Below are positions 36,133 to 46,552 of a stretch of 61,627 bases of DNA, piece by piece. How positions within the stretch are numbered: position 1 is the stretch's first letter; each line of letters begins with the position of its first letter. The translations under genes were made by a program, and so were the position numbers. Source of the stretch: a virus. Its lineage: Duplodnaviria > Caudoviricetes. The notes beneath the pieces were generated by a model, which did not search any database, was not told where the DNA came from, and saw nothing but the letters and a program-made list of their open reading frames with translations. The DNA is taken from the IMG/VR virus record IMGVR_UViG_3300023109_000023, positions 1 to 61,627 of that record; one strand, 5' to 3'.

Positions 36133-38193
36133 TTACTTTTTACCATTTTTACTGTGATATAAAATTGCAGCAGGATAAGATACTACCTCATGTTCTACAG
36201 ATATATTAAGTATTTCAGGTAATGTATTAAGTGTTTCTATTTTATTAAAATCTTGAATGCATTCTTTTAAGGTATCACTCCAGGAAGTTTTTTCAGTTGA
36301 TACAATAACTGACTCCACTAAATTATCAAGTAAACCTTTTTGGTTCTTGGAGAGCCTTTTTTTATTATAATGAGACTTCATTAATTTTTCAGCATCTTTA
36401 GACAAAGACTCTATATCATATACTACAGACTGAATATCTTGCCTACTATATAAATTATCAGTAGATGCAATTGAATTAGTTTTGGTATTGGTTCCTGCTG
36501 GTCTGCCCGTTTCCCCAGGAGGCTTTTGTTGGGTTTCCTGAGGGGCTTCGTTTTGTTTTTGATTAGTCTCGACCTGCATATCGTGCTGCTCTTGCTTCAT
36601 ATCCTGGTCTTCTTCTGTAAGTATAGGCTGTGCGGCAGCTAGAGGGGTGTAATAACCTTTCTTCCTATCTTTTATAAGTTTCTCTTGAGCTTGTTGGAGC
36701 TCTGAAGGGTTAGGATAGACACCTTGTTTGATTGCGGTCATTCCTTGCTCAGGAGTGATTATGCCCATCTCAATTAATCTAGACGCAACTCTCTGCAGCT
36801 GGACTTCATCCTTAATATCTATTTCTACAAATTTTGCAGTCGGGAAGTTTTTAAGACCGACCAGTTTGCAAACCTCTTTTATTTGAGGCTGAAGGAAATC
36901 GTTAAGAAATGAGTTTCTTGCCTCCTTTAATCTTTCGAGGAAAATTTGGGCCTTTACTTGTGTACTTGAATAATTTTCTTTGCCGACGATGATATTCTGC
37001 AATCCTTCTTTAATATCTTCGTTTACTATTTGATATTTCTCAGGGCCAAGGACTTTATTTAAATCAGGTATCACGAAGTCAGCTTTGGTTGTATAGTCCG
37101 CAATTAACGCCCTACCAACACTTTCGTTTAAAAACAGCTGTTGCATGGCTTTTAAATTATTAGGATTAACTCCTCCTTTGTCAGGAGTGTTACCCATGGT
37201 AATTAATAATATAACATTCTCTACAGTTCTACTAATTGCTTGGTCAACTTTCTTTAACTCTATCTTCCAATTAATATCATCTAGTACAGGGAACCCAAAA
37301 GGGGTAGCAAAAGGTTCATAATCTTGTTTTTTATAAAAAGAATAAATTAACTTATCTGGGTCAAGGTCAATTAAGACACCATCATTCTCGAATGAATTTT
37401 TACTTATTTTTTCTTTTGCGTCTTGCGGTAATGAATCGTATACTTCTTTATCGTATTCGGTCTTTGGGTTCTTTAGTCTTTCGATATCGTATTCGCTTAA
37501 AAGTTTTTTATATACGCCGTTTTTTTCCTCAAATGTAATACTTCTGCTAGCTACAAAGTCATAAGGGTTAAGAAATACATACCTCATCGGGATTTTTGTG
37601 GCCGCAGCGGTTGATTTCTCTGCATATATCTTATTCAACTTAGACAAATCCGAAGATTTAAATTTTCCATCTAGCTTGTACATGAAAATATTACCAGATC
37701 TATAAAATTCCCTAAAGTATTGATCTTTGATTTTCCATCCCTGAATTTTTTCTAGCCACTTATATATAAAGTTCTTTGATTTCTCTGATCCGCCATCTAA
37801 GTATATATCTGAGTTAGAAAACTCCGCCATAACATCTACAGCATTCCTGAAAATCGGTACATTCGCATAAGCTTTTTGACAAAGTAGTATTGTATCACGA
37901 GGAGAGATGAATGAGTCCCTGTAAGAATAAGGCAGGTTCATATTCTTTATGTGAGAATACTTGTCACACGCAGGCTCCCTTGCATTTATAGATCTCCTGG
38001 ACCTACTCGAATCTGCCGAAGTTGTCTGGTTTACATTCCTTGTATACCCAGCATTACTATAAAATGTTTCTCCTGCAAATACTGGGCCAGTATTCTCTGC
38101 AGCGGATGAGCTTTCTAAAAGTTCATCAATAGACTTTTCTTCACTTTTAAACTTATTCCAATAGTCCGACTTCTTAGTGTATTTCCTGGTCAT
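36133..38193 (-). CDS. Portal protein
   Basis: 686 aa directly after TerL; IFRNAVDVMAEF, FREFYRSGN, YEPFATPFGFPVL. Confidence 0.75.
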   Translation of the reverse strand: MTRKYTKKSDYWNKFKSEEKSIDELLESSSAAENTGPVFAGETFYSNAGYTRNVNQTTSADSSRSRRSINAREPACDKYSHIKNMNLPYSYRDSFISPRDTILLCQKAYANVPIFRNAVDVMAEFSNSDIYLDGGSEKSKNFIYKWLEKIQGWKIKDQYFREFYRSGNIFMYKLDGKFKSSDLSKLNKIYAEKSTAAATKIPMRYVFLNPYDFVASRSITFEEKNGVYKKLLSEYDIERLKNPKTEYDKEVYDSLPQDAKEKISKNSFENDGVLIDLDPDKLIYSFYKKQDYEPFATPFGFPVLDDINWKIELKKVDQAISRTVENVILLITMGNTPDKGGVNPNNLKAMQQLFLNESVGRALIADYTTKADFVIPDLNKVLGPEKYQIVNEDIKEGLQNIIVGKENYSSTQVKAQIFLERLKEARNSFLNDFLQPQIKEVCKLVGLKNFPTAKFVEIDIKDEVQLQRVASRLIEMGIITPEQGMTAIKQGVYPNPSELQQAQEKLIKDRKKGYYTPLAAAQPILTEEDQDMKQEQHDMQVETNQKQNEAPQETQQKPPGETGRPAGTNTKTNSIASTDNLYSRQDIQSVVYDIESLSKDAEKLMKSHYNKKRLSKNQKGLLDNLVESVIVSTEKTSWSDTLKECIQDFNKIETLNTLPEILNISVEHEVVSYPAAILYHSKNGKK

Positions 38194-38239
38194 ACATTAT
38201 AATACACAAAAAAGTTAAAAGTTACAATAAAAGTTACTT

Positions 38240-40117
38240 TTAAATTAAAATAGGAACAAAGGTAGTAGCTACGTCTTCTTCCTCCACATGCATCATATCA
38301 TAATATGTCTTAATCATCCAGTTTCCGAGTACTAAGGCTGAATAGGAATCCTTCCTCGCCTTGCCTGGCCCAGTCTGTCTCCTTAGGTTGGATGGTAGGT
38401 TAAATGTTTGAGTCCCTTGTGGGGTTGATGTGACTTGTATTAATGCACATTGATTCTTTGTATAATTCATCATATCATACTGGTGGTCAACGAAATCAAT
38501 CATCATTGCCTGGCCTTTCGATTTTATTAACCCTTCCTGATTTGGTATAAAGGTTAAATCATCAACAGGTATCTTATGGCTTATTTGTTGCCTATAATCA
38601 TTGTCTAGAGCCCTAGAGCCAAACCACATTCGTTTGTGATCGAAATTAGCCTGCAACAACTCATTTGCTCGCCTAATCCAATCAGATGTGGCTTTCCTTA
38701 ATACGCAAATCCTCCTTCCTTTTAGATCGTATTGCGTTCTAGCTGTCCTTAACTGGTCTTGATAGTTTTCAAGATCATCAAAGTTGGCAGTTATTTCCTC
38801 TAGGTTAATCTTGTCATTACTGAATTGTTGACTAGCATTAGCTGCCTGCATAAACTGAACACCACCACCGTAGTCACCTACTATAGCCACAATATTAAAG
38901 CTATTTAATAAATAATGAAAATAATTTATATGGTCGTTCATTTTTAATCCAGGCATAGCATAACTATGAACTAATGTACCATTTTTAGAATTATCGTTTA
39001 ATTTAAATACATGTATTGCGAAGTCATCAGAACTTTCACTTTCAGCCCAACTAGGGTCAAATGCTAAAAGGTATTTTGAATCTTTATCTCCAGCGACTTC
39101 TACACATGGCCCTTCTCCGTCTTTTACTGTGCATGCAGCCATGGTGGATGTTTTGAAGAATCCAGAGCTGTCGTCAGTAAATACTGCACCGAACTCACGG
39201 TCAAACTGAGATTGACTCATGGTTTGCCTAGATTGATTTATCAAGTTTTGATCGTACAGAGCCTTAGGTGCTACATCATAACTAAAATGCATAATAACTC
39301 TATTAGCCTTATCCATTTCTTTCGCTTCCTTAGGGCCATGGATTATTAAGTCTTCAAAAGTTTCATATACTTTGTAAAGGTATTCAAATTTATAACTAGC
39401 AGAAGATAAAGCTATTAATTTATTGTTTGGCCATATCTTCCTTTCGTCTTCGGTCATTTTCCCAGAAGCTATTAGCTGGTTTTCCATTTTGGTGAATTTT
39501 TCTCTCTCTGTTGGGTTTTGAACAACACTCAAGAATGGGAGTATGACCTCATTGTAAACATGCTCAGGCATCAACAAGAACTCATCAATAATGATCCTGT
39601 GAAACCTAAAACCACGGAGCTTAGAACCATCTCCTAGCGGTAAAGCAATTATTTTAGATTCTCCAATCTCGAGAGTCCACTGGTCATTCTTTTTTGATTT
39701 TTTTGTAATGCACTGACCCAGAAACGCAGCCTCTGGTTTTTTAGCGATATCTTCAATCTTTTCAAAAATCATTTTAGATTGCCTAAATGTAGCAGCCAAG
39801 ATACCTATCTGTATTCCTTGGTTGAATATAGCATCCAAGAAAGCATATATAGCAGTACTGAATGACTTTGACATACCACGACTCCATATACCAAGAAAGT
39901 AATCTGCCTCTAGCATAGACTTAATAGCTAAGTGCTGAAAAGGAAACAAGTCAACTCCTGCTATGAGGTTTGAGGTGAAAGTAACATTTGACCTTAAAAA
40001 TTTATACAAATAATACTGTGCCTCCTTATCATCCAGGTATCCTTTTAGATCAAGTATTTCTTGGTTTGTTTTGTCAAACTCAAGATTGTATTTTTGTACT
40101 CCTTCTTCCCAAGTCAT
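38240..40117 (-). CDS. terL: Terminase large subunit
   Basis: LFPFQ Q-motif, Walker A SRGMSKS, LRGFRFHRIIIDE Walker B, ALSSA coupling motif, RNase H-like LAFDPS...SDDF and KDSYSA. Confidence 0.92.
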   Translation of the reverse strand: MTWEEGVQKYNLEFDKTNQEILDLKGYLDDKEAQYYLYKFLRSNVTFTSNLIAGVDLFPFQHLAIKSMLEADYFLGIWSRGMSKSFSTAIYAFLDAIFNQGIQIGILAATFRQSKMIFEKIEDIAKKPEAAFLGQCITKKSKKNDQWTLEIGESKIIALPLGDGSKLRGFRFHRIIIDEFLLMPEHVYNEVILPFLSVVQNPTEREKFTKMENQLIASGKMTEDERKIWPNNKLIALSSASYKFEYLYKVYETFEDLIIHGPKEAKEMDKANRVIMHFSYDVAPKALYDQNLINQSRQTMSQSQFDREFGAVFTDDSSGFFKTSTMAACTVKDGEGPCVEVAGDKDSKYLLAFDPSWAESESSDDFAIHVFKLNDNSKNGTLVHSYAMPGLKMNDHINYFHYLLNSFNIVAIVGDYGGGVQFMQAANASQQFSNDKINLEEITANFDDLENYQDQLRTARTQYDLKGRRICVLRKATSDWIRRANELLQANFDHKRMWFGSRALDNDYRQQISHKIPVDDLTFIPNQEGLIKSKGQAMMIDFVDHQYDMMNYTKNQCALIQVTSTPQGTQTFNLPSNLRRQTGPGKARKDSYSALVLGNWMIKTYYDMMHVEEEDVATTFVPILI

Positions 40118-41040
40118 GACTTATCTAGAAAATATTGCATATCTGTATTCCATAATTTTTTTCCGTGAAACAATAATCTAGGCATCAGGAACTTTGATTT
40201 TTCCCTACTACCAGAAAATATAAATTGACATGTACCCGCATAATCATGAGATATAGCCCTAACATTATGCCAAATATAGGAAAGGTTTGATTTGTGTGGA
40301 CCATAATCATTATTCTCTATAATACTATCGATACTCGATTCCGTAACAATAAAAACATAAGAAGAGAATTCCTTAGCCCTATCGAGCTCTCTACGAAACC
40401 TTTGTATACCCGTCGAAAAAGTTCCCTTAAAATCTGATTCACTTTTTCGATCTATGTAAGTATAATCATAATGAGGCTTACCTATAGCATAGTCGCCGAA
40501 ATCTAGTTTCATAAACATACTGCGCGGAAATTTCAAGGGCTGTTGTTCACGTGTGTCAACTAATATTTTAAGTTCATCAAAAAAACTATCTTCTGTAAAA
40601 AAGCCCGCCATTATATTCTTATTGAATAATGGCCTTATTTTCAATTCGTCGCAAGCCGACGAATAGGAACCAAAAAAACTTTTATATAAATCTATATCAG
40701 GTAATTTATTTAATAGAAGCTCTATATGACTAGGAGCAAACTCTAACTTCTTTTCTTCTATTCTATTCTTAAGTCGCTTAAGTAAATATAATTTAACATT
40801 ATCTGAATCAGCATATTCTACCCATTTAAGAAAATTATCATAATTAATAAAATCATTATTAAAATAATCATTCTTATTTTTAAAAGGCAAAAGTTCACCC
40901 GAATGCAAATCTTTTCTATTATAGAAATTAACATAATACTCAGCAAGAGTAATTTTATGTATTTTAGATATATGCATATGCAGGCCCTTATCGTTCTTAA
41001 AGGACTCGCCGCAAACCTTACACTTAGTAGGCATAAACAA
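40114..41040 (-). CDS. C2H2 zinc finger plus ERCC4 (XPF/Mus81-type) nuclease domain protein
   Basis: CKVC...LHMHISKIH at N-terminus; ILVDTREQ...L.FGDY...IDRKS..DF. Confidence 0.75.
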   Translation of the reverse strand: MFMPTKCKVCGESFKNDKGLHMHISKIHKITLAEYYVNFYNRKDLHSGELLPFKNKNDYFNNDFINYDNFLKWVEYADSDNVKLYLLKRLKNRIEEKKLEFAPSHIELLLNKLPDIDLYKSFFGSYSSACDELKIRPLFNKNIMAGFFTEDSFFDELKILVDTREQQPLKFPRSMFMKLDFGDYAIGKPHYDYTYIDRKSESDFKGTFSTGIQRFRRELDRAKEFSSYVFIVTESSIDSIIENNDYGPHKSNLSYIWHNVRAISHDYAGTCQFIFSGSREKSKFLMPRLLFHGKKLWNTDMQYFLDKS

Positions 41041-41044
41041 ATAA

Positions 41045-41413
41045 TTAATAAGGCCTTACAACGCCTTCAGACAGCATGAGGTCATTGATACATACTTTTG
41101 TATCTGAATCGTCATAATATAACTCACCCAGTACACGCCCGTATTTACCACTACCTACTGAATGTAAATATATAATATGCTCCTTGCATGTTTTTGCCAA
41201 ATGTGATTTGGCTATTAGCCCCAACTTTTTTTCATGTATCCTATCATCTAGATTTTTAATTTTACTTTGTAATCTAGTCTCTGGTGCATTTATTCTATTT
41301 AATCTTATTCTTTGTCTAGTGGATACTTTAAAGCCTAAGTCTATATCTGCATCTATAGTATCTCCATCTACAATCCTTATATTGGAAAGCTTATAGTAAT
41401 ATAGTTGACTCAT
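41045..41413 (-). CDS. Thermonuclease (SNase-like)
   Basis: IVDGDTID, IRLNRINAPE, GKYGRVLG. Confidence 0.88.
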   Translation of the reverse strand: MSQLYYYKLSNIRIVDGDTIDADIDLGFKVSTRQRIRLNRINAPETRLQSKIKNLDDRIHEKKLGLIAKSHLAKTCKEHIIYLHSVGSGKYGRVLGELYYDDSDTKVCINDLMLSEGVVRPY

Positions 41414-41668
41414 TTAGATTTTGAACTCTACATCACCAGAATCGAGACTTTTGTCTTCTGGCTCTAAGACTTTACTTACGGTTAGAGACTCGGTCTCTGC
41501 ACCACCTACATCTTCTTCCTTTAGGTTATTTGGGCTAACGATAGCCCTCATTGCCTGAATTAAGATTTTGTCTGTCTCAGTCATTGGGTTAAACTCCTCT
41601 TCGCTATCAAAGAGAGATTTGATTTGATTGTATTCGTGATCACCGATTAATAATTCTACTAATTTCAT
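41414..41668 (-). CDS. Hypothetical acidic protein
   Basis: 84 aa ORF tightly packed in the operon. Confidence 0.6.
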   Translation of the reverse strand: MKLVELLIGDHEYNQIKSLFDSEEEFNPMTETDKILIQAMRAIVSPNNLKEEDVGGAETESLTVSKVLEPEDKSLDSGDVEFKI

Positions 41669-42724
41669 TTATATTGCATCCTTTTTTGAGATTCCTAATA
41701 TTCTAGCCTTCCAACTTTCCATGTCGTCAAGCCGTTCGACTTCTTCCTCGACTAGAGCTTTTTGCATGTCAGCTAATTGAACCATTTGCTTCCTCTGCTC
41801 CTCTAGTTGGAAATTCTTAACGAGCGATAATATACTGGCATGATCGTCACGCCGATTCTTTAGTCGCTCTGCACGGTCACCATTTAATTTCTTAATAAGT
41901 GATTCCATGCGTTTCTCACATTTATCATATTCATCAGTTTTAGATTTTAATACTTCTGCTAGTCTAACAGTCATATCTTGCTGATCCTCAACCTCATTGA
42001 ACATATTATTTAACTTTTCTGTATGAGAAGATATATTTTTTAAATTAATGTAATCTACACAGACATTAATATATAGATTTATTTCGTCTGCTGTAAGATC
42101 TGGTTTGTCCCATGTAGCCCTTATGAATTCAGCCTCAAATAATTTTCTATCTTTATCACTACTGTAGTTACTTATTACTAGGATGAATCTAGGGGAAGAA
42201 AGGTTTCTAACAAGGTTCTTGGCACATTCTATATCGTCATGTGTCATCTTATCTTCAACGAACTCTGTGTGAGCAAATTCGTTAATTTTACTTATAGCCG
42301 TTTTTGTTATTTTAGGCGGGTGGTATTGCCTGTTAATAGCTGTTTCGCTTTCATGGACAAAATTAGGCTCATATTCTCTTAAAAACTCTAATACGCAGAC
42401 ATGGTGCTTGGAGAATCTTTTAACGGTGACATCTGGGAACAGTATTTCTGAAATTTGAAATGCACTCAACCCATTCTCAGCCTGAGCCTTAATAAAATCT
42501 ACTTGAGCTTCGGTTAAATCTATATCTTCCATTTTCTCCCAAGCACTGGTTTCATATTCCAAGTTTTGACTTGCTAGAAATTTCCTAACCGCCCTGCCTT
42601 CTTTTGTGCGACCATCTAGGTCGGGATCACCAAATAGTCTTCTAGTTAAATCGATAAGACTTGGATTTTTCTTAAACTCTTCGGTTAAGAACTTTTGTTG
42701 TTCGTCAGTTAAGTCCATCGACAT
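41669..42724 (-). CDS. Hypothetical protein, candidate terminase small subunit
   Basis: Two LTxEQxxF HTH-like starts plus a coiled coil; upstream of TerL. Confidence 0.4.
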   Translation of the reverse strand: MSMDLTDEQQKFLTEEFKKNPSLIDLTRRLFGDPDLDGRTKEGRAVRKFLASQNLEYETSAWEKMEDIDLTEAQVDFIKAQAENGLSAFQISEILFPDVTVKRFSKHHVCVLEFLREYEPNFVHESETAINRQYHPPKITKTAISKINEFAHTEFVEDKMTHDDIECAKNLVRNLSSPRFILVISNYSSDKDRKLFEAEFIRATWDKPDLTADEINLYINVCVDYINLKNISSHTEKLNNMFNEVEDQQDMTVRLAEVLKSKTDEYDKCEKRMESLIKKLNGDRAERLKNRRDDHASILSLVKNFQLEEQRKQMVQLADMQKALVEEEVERLDDMESWKARILGISKKDAI

Positions 42725-43448
42725 CGTCCTCCCCTTTCAGAAATGTGATACCCTTGTCTTGCAGTATTTTTACCGCTTTTTCTTTTAGTAAATTTTTAAG
42801 GTTTTTTATTTGCTTGTAGCCAGCCTTCCTTCCAGACTCACTACTTTTAAAGCCCATCTCTTTGGCTGCTTCTTCGTCTGTTAATTTTTGTACATATAGT
42901 AATTGAAATGCCTGCCACTGTCTTTTATTTAAAGCACCCTTTAATTCATGTATTAATTTACCAATAGATTTATCTATATTATGGTCATCATACTCTTCAT
43001 GATTATTTATTTCGTGATAATGATTTTCTATAGATAATGTAATCTTTACATTGTAAGCTTGTCTTTTTGTTTTTTCCCACTTAGCATATAAAGGACAGCC
43101 CCCATCTTGCTTGCCGCTAACAGTAAACTTACATTCGTTTTCTATAGAATCATTAGAGAACGGACAGTTTAAACAAGGTCTAGCATAATTACTATAATTA
43201 TTTCTTAATATATTTTTAAATTGATTACTTATTATTTTATTAAGCCAAGGCTTTATTGGTCTATCTTGATCCCATTGAGTCCATTTCTTATGTATGTGTG
43301 CACGGATAATTTGGCAGACGTCATCAAAGTCAAGCCAAGATACAGATGTTAAGAACCAGTTGTTGCGCCTTTTATTTAATTCAGCGTCAATTAGTTCTGA
43401 GAAATCTTCGTATTTGTATTCTGGGTCAGGGTCTTTCTTTGTCCTCAT
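42705..43448 (-). CDS. Phage-encoded sigma70-family (ECF-like) sigma factor with a Cys-rich insertion
   Basis: Region 2 DFDDVCQ...KWTQWD...KPWLNKIISNQFKNILR; CLNC...C...C insert; region 4 LNKRQWQAFQLLYVQKLTDEEAAKEMG. Confidence 0.75.
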   Translation of the reverse strand: MRTKKDPDPEYKYEDFSELIDAELNKRRNNWFLTSVSWLDFDDVCQIIRAHIHKKWTQWDQDRPIKPWLNKIISNQFKNILRNNYSNYARPCLNCPFSNDSIENECKFTVSGKQDGGCPLYAKWEKTKRQAYNVKITLSIENHYHEINNHEEYDDHNIDKSIGKLIHELKGALNKRQWQAFQLLYVQKLTDEEAAKEMGFKSSESGRKAGYKQIKNLKNLLKEKAVKILQDKGITFLKGEDDVDGLN

Positions 43449-43728
43449 GAAATATATCTGACATTTTGTGTATATTGTCTTGAGGTACGTCTAGATCATA
43501 CTCTAATTTAGCGATAGAAGGAACTTCATCGATATCCGTCTCGTCTTCCTTTAGTTGCTTGATTGGAGTTTTTTCAATTAACCCTTTTCGTTTCGTTTGT
43601 GTAGTTGATGGCGATTTACTAAACGATGCTAATGAATCGAATGGCGCACCGCAATTACTACAGAATTTTGGAGGTTGATAAGAAAATTCGTTTTTCCCTC
43701 CGCAGCTTGGACAAAATTTAGACCTCAT
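43426..43728 (-). CDS. Zinc-ribbon protein
   Basis: FCPSCG...KFCSNCG. Confidence 0.75.
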   Translation of the reverse strand: MRSKFCPSCGGKNEFSYQPPKFCSNCGAPFDSLASFSKSPSTTQTKRKGLIEKTPIKQLKEDETDIDEVPSIAKLEYDLDVPQDNIHKMSDIFHEDKERP

Positions 43729-43763
43729 GTTTTATTATAAAAACAAAAGACTAAAAAATCTAA

Positions 43764-44387
43764 TTAAATTAAATAAGCCGAAAGTATTCTCCCTTGGCAG
43801 CGCATGAATTCTTTCATTTGCTCTTTACTGGTGATTTCCAACTTGTCGCATTTTGCAAATATTGGTTCAGCTTTATTTTTGACATAGTCCAACCCTAACA
43901 TCCCGATGATCTTTCCATCTAAAGTTTTTAAAGGTATATTATACAACGATATCACACCTTTTGAAAGAACGAGATTTTTTAGTGTTTCATCTTTTATTTG
44001 AGAAGTATTACTGTAATAATACTCACCATTATTAATTAATAAATGTATGTAATTATGGTAATTTGAAACTAAATGGTTTTGTGATCTTGTTGCCTCCCTA
44101 CTTGTCCCTGGGGTGCAGGACTCATGCGTACAACTAAATTTCTGTTGGCTTTTTCCAGAAACATAATAGCCACCATTATGGAACTGCAATACATACGCGC
44201 GGTCAGCCCCAGTCTGCTCGAGTATATAATCTAGGCATAATAATATATTTTCGTTAGTCTCTAGGTCGTCTCTTATTGGGTCCTTTTTAGCCTTAGCCCT
44301 TCGGCTAACAAAAAGCTTACCCAGCAGCACACTAGCGATAGTGGCTGAAGCACTTATAACTGCAACAACAATTTCTGTCCAATTCAT
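43764..44387 (-). CDS. Single-TM protein with GAF-like domain, putative holin (T4 T-like architecture)
   Basis: N-terminal hydrophobic helix; ADRAYVLQFHNG...IPL...KIIGMLGLDY GAF-like pattern. Confidence 0.55.
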   Translation of the reverse strand: MNWTEIVVAVISASATIASVLLGKLFVSRRAKAKKDPIRDDLETNENILLCLDYILEQTGADRAYVLQFHNGGYYVSGKSQQKFSCTHESCTPGTSREATRSQNHLVSNYHNYIHLLINNGEYYYSNTSQIKDETLKNLVLSKGVISLYNIPLKTLDGKIIGMLGLDYVKNKAEPIFAKCDKLEITSKEQMKEFMRCQGRILSAYLI

Positions 44388-44407
44388 ATCTAAAACATTA
44401 CACAGAT

Positions 44408-45133
44408 TTAACTTTTGTGTGATTTTAGTTTTTTAATTATGAATTTTAATATTTCACTGCGCATAATATCGTTTTCTGTAAATCTAAAGCAGTATATTCC
44501 TTTTTCTTTACTTTCGTCGTCGTCGAACAGATCAATCATTGGCTTTAAGCCTGATCTTCCGTTGATATCACTTTGCATTAAGTCACCACAAATAAAGAGT
44601 TTTGAATTTTCTCCTAGCCTAGTGACCATGGTTACTAGCTCTTTAAAAGTGAAGTTCTGGGATTCATCCGCAACGACAATTTTATTTAACCAACTAGCTC
44701 CTCTGAGAAAGTTAATTGGCATAGCCTGTATCCTGTTGCTCTTGAGTAATTCTGACTTCAGTGTTGTGTTACTAGGTAAAAGTTCGGCTAACTTATCCTC
44801 GAGGGGAGCCATGTAGGGGTTGAATTTTTCCTCCAAGGTTCCTGGCAGAGCACCCAAACCTTTTTCAGCACTCTCAATTGCGGTTCGCACATAAAACAAA
44901 TCCAAGGCATCGTCTCTTTGCAAATGACGTAGAGCTGACATCACAGCCATGTAGGTCTTCGTAGAACCAGCTGGTCCTAGCACGAAAACTATCTTGGCAT
45001 CATCTCTAAGTGATAGTTCTAGAAATTTTTTCTGCTTTTCGGTTAATTTAAGGCCTTTAATTTTCACTTTAGCCTTAAGTGCGTTATCGTTTAAATTTAA
45101 ATCTTCGGGGTTGGTAGCTTTTTTTCTAGCCAT
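44408..45133 (-). CDS. phoH: PhoH-family ATPase
   Basis: GPAGSTKT, LGALPG, FLRGAS, DESQN, TRLGENSK, GDLMQSD. Confidence 0.93.
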   Translation of the reverse strand: MARKKATNPEDLNLNDNALKAKVKIKGLKLTEKQKKFLELSLRDDAKIVFVLGPAGSTKTYMAVMSALRHLQRDDALDLFYVRTAIESAEKGLGALPGTLEEKFNPYMAPLEDKLAELLPSNTTLKSELLKSNRIQAMPINFLRGASWLNKIVVADESQNFTFKELVTMVTRLGENSKLFICGDLMQSDINGRSGLKPMIDLFDDDESKEKGIYCFRFTENDIMRSEILKFIIKKLKSHKS

Positions 45134-45204
45134 ATAAATTTGGTTTAACTGTAATTACACTTGAAATTAGTGTATTATATATTAATAATAACATTATTAT
45201 TGAT

Positions 45205-45411
45205 ATGTCAAGAATTTCTAAATCCGAAATAATGAATCTGCTATGCAAAAACTTCACTGCATACGCATCCACTCAATGGCTAAAAAACCCAAACAAACAC
45301 ATGGATGGGTTAACACCTTCTGAGTGCATGACTAAAGACCAAAATATAAAGAAAGTCTACAATGCACTCAGCAAGGAAATAGCAGAAACGAAAAATAAAA
45401 AATGCAAATAG
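45205..45411 (+). CDS. Small protein resembling the Xre/MbcA/ParS antitoxin C-terminal (DUF2384-like) domain
   Basis: QWLKNPNKHMDGLTPSECM fits the WL..PN..L.G.TP...L pattern. Confidence 0.6.
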   Translation: MSRISKSEIMNLLCKNFTAYASTQWLKNPNKHMDGLTPSECMTKDQNIKKVYNALSKEIAETKNKKCK

Positions 45412-46550
45412 AATATTTATCAGATGAAGAGGTTGTCTCTTGGGGGACTGTGTTTGAGTACGATACACGCGATTGGTTATTTAATAATAGCAATATAGAA
45501 AACTACGTACAGTACCCCTCAGCTCAAATTATGACAGCCCAAGGTGACCCGCCCTGGAAGGGAGCTACGGCATTAATACTTGATATTGATGTAGCGGACG
45601 AATCCCCTTATACGGCCTCCAATGTTAAGGTCAAACTAAGAAAGCAGGCTACAGGAGGAGGTATACTTATTCCTGGTGGCGGAACAGTAATGAATGAAGA
45701 AATTACTGCGGTAAACCTTAGAGGTTTTGAGTCTTCTCCTAGTTGTAAGCAGGTTCAGGTCATTGTACCTCTTTCCGCACTTGGAACCTTTGAGTATGCA
45801 TACGAAGTAGAAGGAGAACTTCCTCTTCTAAGACATATCAAGGTTATAGGGAAAATTTCTGAATTTGATTTGTCCTCACTTAATAGTGGTACAAAAATAA
45901 GTGACCTTAGTTATGTGGAGGGTAGAGATGATGACCTTTTTGTTATCTCTAGATGCTCTGACACGGAAGGTGAAAGAAAATTTATTACAGATGAGAGATC
46001 TGGATCTAGAATCCCAGATTTTTCAGAAGATAGTAGGAAGTGGGTATCAACACACGCTGTCTCAATGTACCACCTAAGGCAGGGTTTAGGACTAGGAGCC
46101 TATGCAGTCATAGAGAAAGGCGGTGGGGGTGATAGTGTATTCGTTAATTGTTTCATGGTCAACCAAGGTGGTTCAGACACATATACTATCAAAACCCTAA
46201 ATGGACTTTTCCCTAATAAACAGTGTGTTGTATTAACATCCTCCACCATGAGTAAAAAAGCTGGTAACCCAAGTATGGGAGATTTAGATGGAGGATACCT
46301 CGCCGTGGGCAAAGTATCATTTCCAAGTGCAGCTGGATCTCCTGCAACTTTACCTAGTCAAAAAATGAATGAAAGTTATGATGCTCAAGTTGATGTGACT
46401 CAATGTCAGCCAAATATGAGGAAGGTTTGGGTAAGTACTGGTGGTGACGACAGAAAAGATTATGGCAAGGAAGAAGTTTGGGCCCCTGTAGACGGTAACC
46501 CACTTACATACCAACCTGGGTATATGTATATAGCATTTATAGGAAGATAA
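45402..46550 (+). CDS. Probable virion/fiber protein
   Basis: 382 aa; internal KISDL...DDLFVISR module; followed by a chaperone-like gene. Confidence 0.5.
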   Translation: MQIEYLSDEEVVSWGTVFEYDTRDWLFNNSNIENYVQYPSAQIMTAQGDPPWKGATALILDIDVADESPYTASNVKVKLRKQATGGGILIPGGGTVMNEEITAVNLRGFESSPSCKQVQVIVPLSALGTFEYAYEVEGELPLLRHIKVIGKISEFDLSSLNSGTKISDLSYVEGRDDDLFVISRCSDTEGERKFITDERSGSRIPDFSEDSRKWVSTHAVSMYHLRQGLGLGAYAVIEKGGGGDSVFVNCFMVNQGGSDTYTIKTLNGLFPNKQCVVLTSSTMSKKAGNPSMGDLDGGYLAVGKVSFPSAAGSPATLPSQKMNESYDAQVDVTQCQPNMRKVWVSTGGDDRKDYGKEEVWAPVDGNPLTYQPGYMYIAFIGR

Positions 46551-46552
46551 TC

